Made by a program: the position numbers and the translations under genes. From positions 5,793 through 36,594 of the forward strand of contig JBHLNT010000027.1 in assembly GCA_048941265.1 (NCBI GenBank): a stretch of 30,802 nucleotides of DNA, given 5' to 3'. This document shows, piece by piece, positions 27,482-30,802 of the stretch. Numbering within the stretch: position 1 is the first letter of the stretch; each line of letters starts with the position of its first letter. The notes under the pieces are model-generated. The model saw nothing but the letters and a program-made list of their open reading frames with translations, did not search any database and had not been told where the DNA came from. The DNA comes from Promethearchaeota archaeon (GTDB lineage: Archaea; Asgardarchaeota; Lokiarchaeia; Sigyniarchaeales; SOKP01).

Positions 27482-28264
27482 TTATATAGTAGGTTCTCCT
27501 TTTAAGTACCCTAAAGTTGAAAGAAATTTGTCCGCCTCTCGAACCGTCTCTGTATAGGGTTTATTCTTATAATTCCCATAATTAAAAAACGCATATCCTT
27601 TTCTTTCAAATGCTACAAGTTCGCAAGAATTTCCCAAATCCTTCATTTTCTTATTAAAGAGTTCCACGTCCTTAAAGGGGATAACCTTATCTCTGGTTCC
27701 ATGAAAGATAATAATAGGGGGGAGACCTTTTTTGATATGATGTATGGGTGATATATCCTTTGCATCTCCTTTAATTAAACCCGCTATTCGCGGATCTGAC
27801 ACCGTATCCACCACCGGATTAAATAAGACTAGAGCATTCGGTTTCGAACTCATAGTACAATCAGCAGGCTCGTACACTTCAATTAACGCGCTACATAGGG
27901 CTAAATGACCTCCTGCTGAACCTCCTGCTGCCACTATTTTGTTCGGATCAATTCCTAAATTTGATGCCTTTGTTCGAATCCAGCAAATCACTGATTTTCC
28001 ATCCATTACGCTTTCTATTGGAGTCGTTCTATGTTTACTTCTTATACGATATTCGGCCGAAAAAGTGATCATACCTCGTTTGACGAAATACTCGCAATGA
28101 GGGAAAAACTGCATAGGACTTCCGCTAAACCAACCACCGCCATGAAAAAATACGATAGCAGGTAATAGTTCATTTTTAATTCGCTCTTTAGGTTCAAAAA
28201 TGTGTATATAAAGCTTTTTTCTATAGTGAGTTTTATATACTTCTTTTCTTTTATTTACCATCAT
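27482..28264 (-). CDS. Alpha/beta hydrolase (HSL/BD-FAE-like); catalytic His apparently replaced by Tyr
   Basis: FFHGGGW, GGSAGG, FHGTRD; KGYAFFN where GHxFFN is expected. Confidence 0.88.
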   Translation of the reverse strand: MMVNKRKEVYKTHYRKKLYIHIFEPKERIKNELLPAIVFFHGGGWFSGSPMQFFPHCEYFVKRGMITFSAEYRIRSKHRTTPIESVMDGKSVICWIRTKASNLGIDPNKIVAAGGSAGGHLALCSALIEVYEPADCTMSSKPNALVLFNPVVDTVSDPRIAGLIKGDAKDISPIHHIKKGLPPIIIFHGTRDKVIPFKDVELFNKKMKDLGNSCELVAFERKGYAFFNYGNYKNKPYTETVREADKFLSTLGYLKGEPTI

Positions 28265-28443
28265 AAGATGCCCGTTTTTGGTAAAAAAATCTTAATATCA
28301 GTTAATCTCAATGAATAATCCTTACTTTTTGTTGTCGAATTATAATTAGATATTCGATTATAAATTTGGGATCAGTTATTAGAGCTTAATTCAATTTTAA
28401 ATTTTACTATACTCGCAAATCTATAAATATTCAACTAGATTAT

Positions 28444-28487
28444 TTATCTATGAAATTCAAATGAATTATCTATGAAATTCAAATGAA
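28444..28487 (+). repeat. Perfect 22-bp tandem duplication TTATCTATGAAATTCAAATGAA x2
   Basis: Units at 28444-28465 and 28466-28487; the second overlaps the first SDR ATG (28483). Confidence 0.95.
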
Positions 28488-29427
28488 TGAAAAAAACAGT
28501 GAAAATAATATGTTATTAGAAAATAAAAATATCGTCATAACAGGTTCAGGTCGGGGAATCGGTAAATATATTGCGTTATTGTGTGCTAAAGAAGGTGCAA
28601 ATATAGGATTAACTTCACGTAACTTGGATGAACTTAATAATGTAAAGAATGAAATTGAAAAAATAAATAGTGGAGTTAAGGTTTCTGTTCATGAGGGAGA
28701 TATTACCGACCTTGAAGAAGTTAAAACTATACTTAAAAATTTTCATGAAGACCTCGGGCCTTTAAATGGAGTTGTAGCAAACGCAGGATGGCATGATTCC
28801 CAGCCCTCATTAACCTATGATCTTAATGTATTCCGGAAAATAATAGACGTTCATATTATGGGTGTTTATTATACTTTTAGAGCTGCCTATCCTTATTTAA
28901 AAAAGGATGATAAAAAAGATAATGCTCGATTCGTCTTAACAGGAAGCATGTATTTTTTAGCCACCATGGCAACTACCAGACCTAACCGCCTGCCATACAT
29001 TATAGCAGAGTATGGATTAGTTGGATTAATAAAATCACTCACTAAGGAGTTTAAAAAAGAAAATATTACTTTCAATATAGTGGTCCCGCAAACAACAGAT
29101 ACATTCTTAACTAGAGGTGAAAATGCAGAAGATGGTAATAAACCTAATCTTTTTTTAAATCCTTGGGATATAAGCGTTTATTATCTTTTTCTGCTATCTG
29201 AATATGCTAATAATTATCATTTTAAATTATTGAATACATTCGATTTTGAGGAGGTAAAAAAAATCATTTCTGAAGCCCCATCCGATAAAAAAAATAGCAT
29301 AGACGAATTTTTAGAATACCTTAAAGTAAAAAATGAAATACTTTATCGAAATGTTAAAAGTTTATCGAACTTTGTTGAATTTCTCTTGCATTATCCGCAT
29401 GCCCCCTCCTTATTGCTATCGGTGTGA
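28483..29427 (+). CDS. SDR family oxidoreductase with C-terminal extension; YxxxK appears as YxxxE
   Basis: ITGSGRGIG, VANAG, TGS, YIIAE. A start at the second Met (28510) is possible. Confidence 0.9.
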   Translation: MNEKNSENNMLLENKNIVITGSGRGIGKYIALLCAKEGANIGLTSRNLDELNNVKNEIEKINSGVKVSVHEGDITDLEEVKTILKNFHEDLGPLNGVVANAGWHDSQPSLTYDLNVFRKIIDVHIMGVYYTFRAAYPYLKKDDKKDNARFVLTGSMYFLATMATTRPNRLPYIIAEYGLVGLIKSLTKEFKKENITFNIVVPQTTDTFLTRGENAEDGNKPNLFLNPWDISVYYLFLLSEYANNYHFKLLNTFDFEEVKKIISEAPSDKKNSIDEFLEYLKVKNEILYRNVKSLSNFVEFLLHYPHAPSLLLSV

Positions 29428-29591
29428 TTTCGGAAAGTTAATTACCGTATAATTAAATATACCAAGATGATCTCAAAATAAGTAGTAAGTTAATTTAAAA
29501 GATATTATTATAATTTCTTCTTCTCATTTTACGGCTTCTGGTATTTCAATTTTTACATTTATATATTTTGAAATCTTATTTGCAAATCATT

Positions 29592-30802
29592 ATGAAGGAA
29601 AAAGAACTTATTGATGAGTTAAATCAAATCCTGAGTACAGATGATGCAAAAGAATTATTGGATTGGGAAAGAAAATATGCCTTTCACCCTCATCAACAAC
29701 TCCCTATGATTGTAAAGGAAGCAGAGGGTATAAAACTGATTGATACTAATGAAAAAGAATATTTGGATTTTATAGCAGGAGCTACATGCGTAAATATAGG
29801 CTATGGTAATAAACAAGTGATAGATGCAGTCAAAAACCAAATAGAACTAACTGGAGGTCTTACAGGTATACCGGTTAATTTATCCTCTGTCAAACTTATG
29901 AAATTACTCGCTGAAATTGCGCCCCAGGGTTTATCCAGATCATTTACGATTAGTGGAGGTTCTGAGGCTAACGAGCAAGCTATAAAAATAGCCAGAAGGT
30001 ACACGAAAAAATCAAAAATTATTTCGCGGTATGGAGGATATCATGGGAATACAGCAGCGGCATTGAGTGCCAGCGGAGTACTTAATTATAAAATGGATTT
30101 TGATCCTAATTTGCCTGGATTTATTCATGTACCTCCTCCCTATTGCTATCGATGTGATTTCGGATTAAAATATCCTGAATGCGAAATAATGTGTGCTAAA
30201 ATCATTGAACATACCATTCATTATGAAGACTCCAAACAAGTTGCGGCAGTTATTGCTGAACCGATAATCGGATGGGGAGGCGTAATTATTCCACAAAAAG
30301 AATATTTTCCAATGATTCGGGAAATCTGCGATAAATATGAGGTGCTCCTAATTATAGATGAAGTGCTTACAGGTTTTGGACGCACCGGAAAATTGTTTGC
30401 TTGTCAGCATTGGGATATTGTTCCTGATATTATGACTGTTGCAAAGGGTATAACTTCTTTTTATATTGCATGTTCAGCAGTCTTAGTACAGGAAAAAATA
30501 GCAAAATCGTTGGGTGCTGCTGATAGTGCGTCTCCGAGATATATGAAGAGAGGATCCATGGGCATTACCAGTATGAACCATCCCGTTGCATGTGCTGCCG
30601 CTTTAGCAAATATCAAAGTGATCCTTGAGCAAGATTTATCGAAAAACGCAGAAATTGTAGGTGAATATTTTCTTAAAAGATTAAGGGATATCGCAAAAGA
30701 ATATGATTTTCTGACTGAAGTTCGAGGAAAAGGGCTTCTTATTGCCATGGAAGTGGTTAAAGATAAAGAGACTAAAGAGCCGGATATGGAAAAATGTAAT
30801 CA
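29592..30802 (+). CDS. Class-III PLP aminotransferase, 3'-truncated by the window edge (absent from the ORF track)
   Basis: MKEKELIDE...AEGIKLID...YLDF..G...NIGYG, SGGSEANE.AIK, YHGNT, AEPIIG.GG, LIIDEVLTGFGRTG, PDIMTVAKG, EVRGKGL. Confidence 0.95.
   Translation, partial: MKEKELIDELNQILSTDDAKELLDWERKYAFHPHQQLPMIVKEAEGIKLIDTNEKEYLDFIAGATCVNIGYGNKQVIDAVKNQIELTGGLTGIPVNLSSVKLMKLLAEIAPQGLSRSFTISGGSEANEQAIKIARRYTKKSKIISRYGGYHGNTAAALSASGVLNYKMDFDPNLPGFIHVPPPYCYRCDFGLKYPECEIMCAKIIEHTIHYEDSKQVAAVIAEPIIGWGGVIIPQKEYFPMIREICDKYEVLLIIDEVLTGFGRTGKLFACQHWDIVPDIMTVAKGITSFYIACSAVLVQEKIAKSLGAADSASPRYMKRGSMGITSMNHPVACAAALANIKVILEQDLSKNAEIVGEYFLKRLRDIAKEYDFLTEVRGKGLLIAMEVVKDKETKEPDMEKCN

Noticed and set aside
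558-29075. Remaining short nested or antisense ORFs (e.g. 558-794, 5384-5674, 14932-15366, 20473-20838, 25785-26069)
   Set aside because: All lie within well-supported genes and show no recognisable motifs.
29655-30748. Minus-strand ORFs 29655-29840, 29801-30004 and 30461-30748
   Set aside because: Antisense shadows of the plus-strand aminotransferase.
1-30802. CRISPR array, transposase or integrase, or further mRNA introns
   Set aside because: No repeat-spacer pattern or mobile-element gene was seen. Other CDSs look full length, though in-frame stop-free BHB introns cannot be excluded by eye.

Overview
AT-rich archaeal window, most consistent with an Asgard (Lokiarchaeia-like) genome. That assignment is inferred from the archaeal r-proteins eL34/eL14/P0/P1, a Vps28-like ESCRT-I gene, Sec61alpha-like SecY and an expanded 7TM family. 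The left half is mostly core: NMNAT, RtcA, Zn-ribbon/Yip1, Vps28-like, eL34-cmk-eL14, a two-intron tRNA-Ser(GGA), thioredoxin, EMC3/TMCO1, SecY, two MFS and two amidohydrolase genes, and the uL11-uL1-uL10-P1 operon. The right half is accessory/metabolic: four tandem 243-aa 7TM paralogs, an Fe-S protein, two FAH hydrolases, ThiW, a VOC protein, a CE15 esterase, an amidohydrolase, an alpha/beta hydrolase, an SDR and a class-III aminotransferase. The standout is the uL11 gene, which the ORF track shows truncated. It is interrupted by a 30-nt, stop-containing insert (15833-15862, minus strand) that folds with its exons into a strict bulge-helix-bulge (BHB) motif. Cutting by tRNA-splicing-endonuclease rules restores the conserved GPPIGPAV-GPTG loop exactly, so this is a candidate tRNA-type intron in a ribosomal-protein mRNA.
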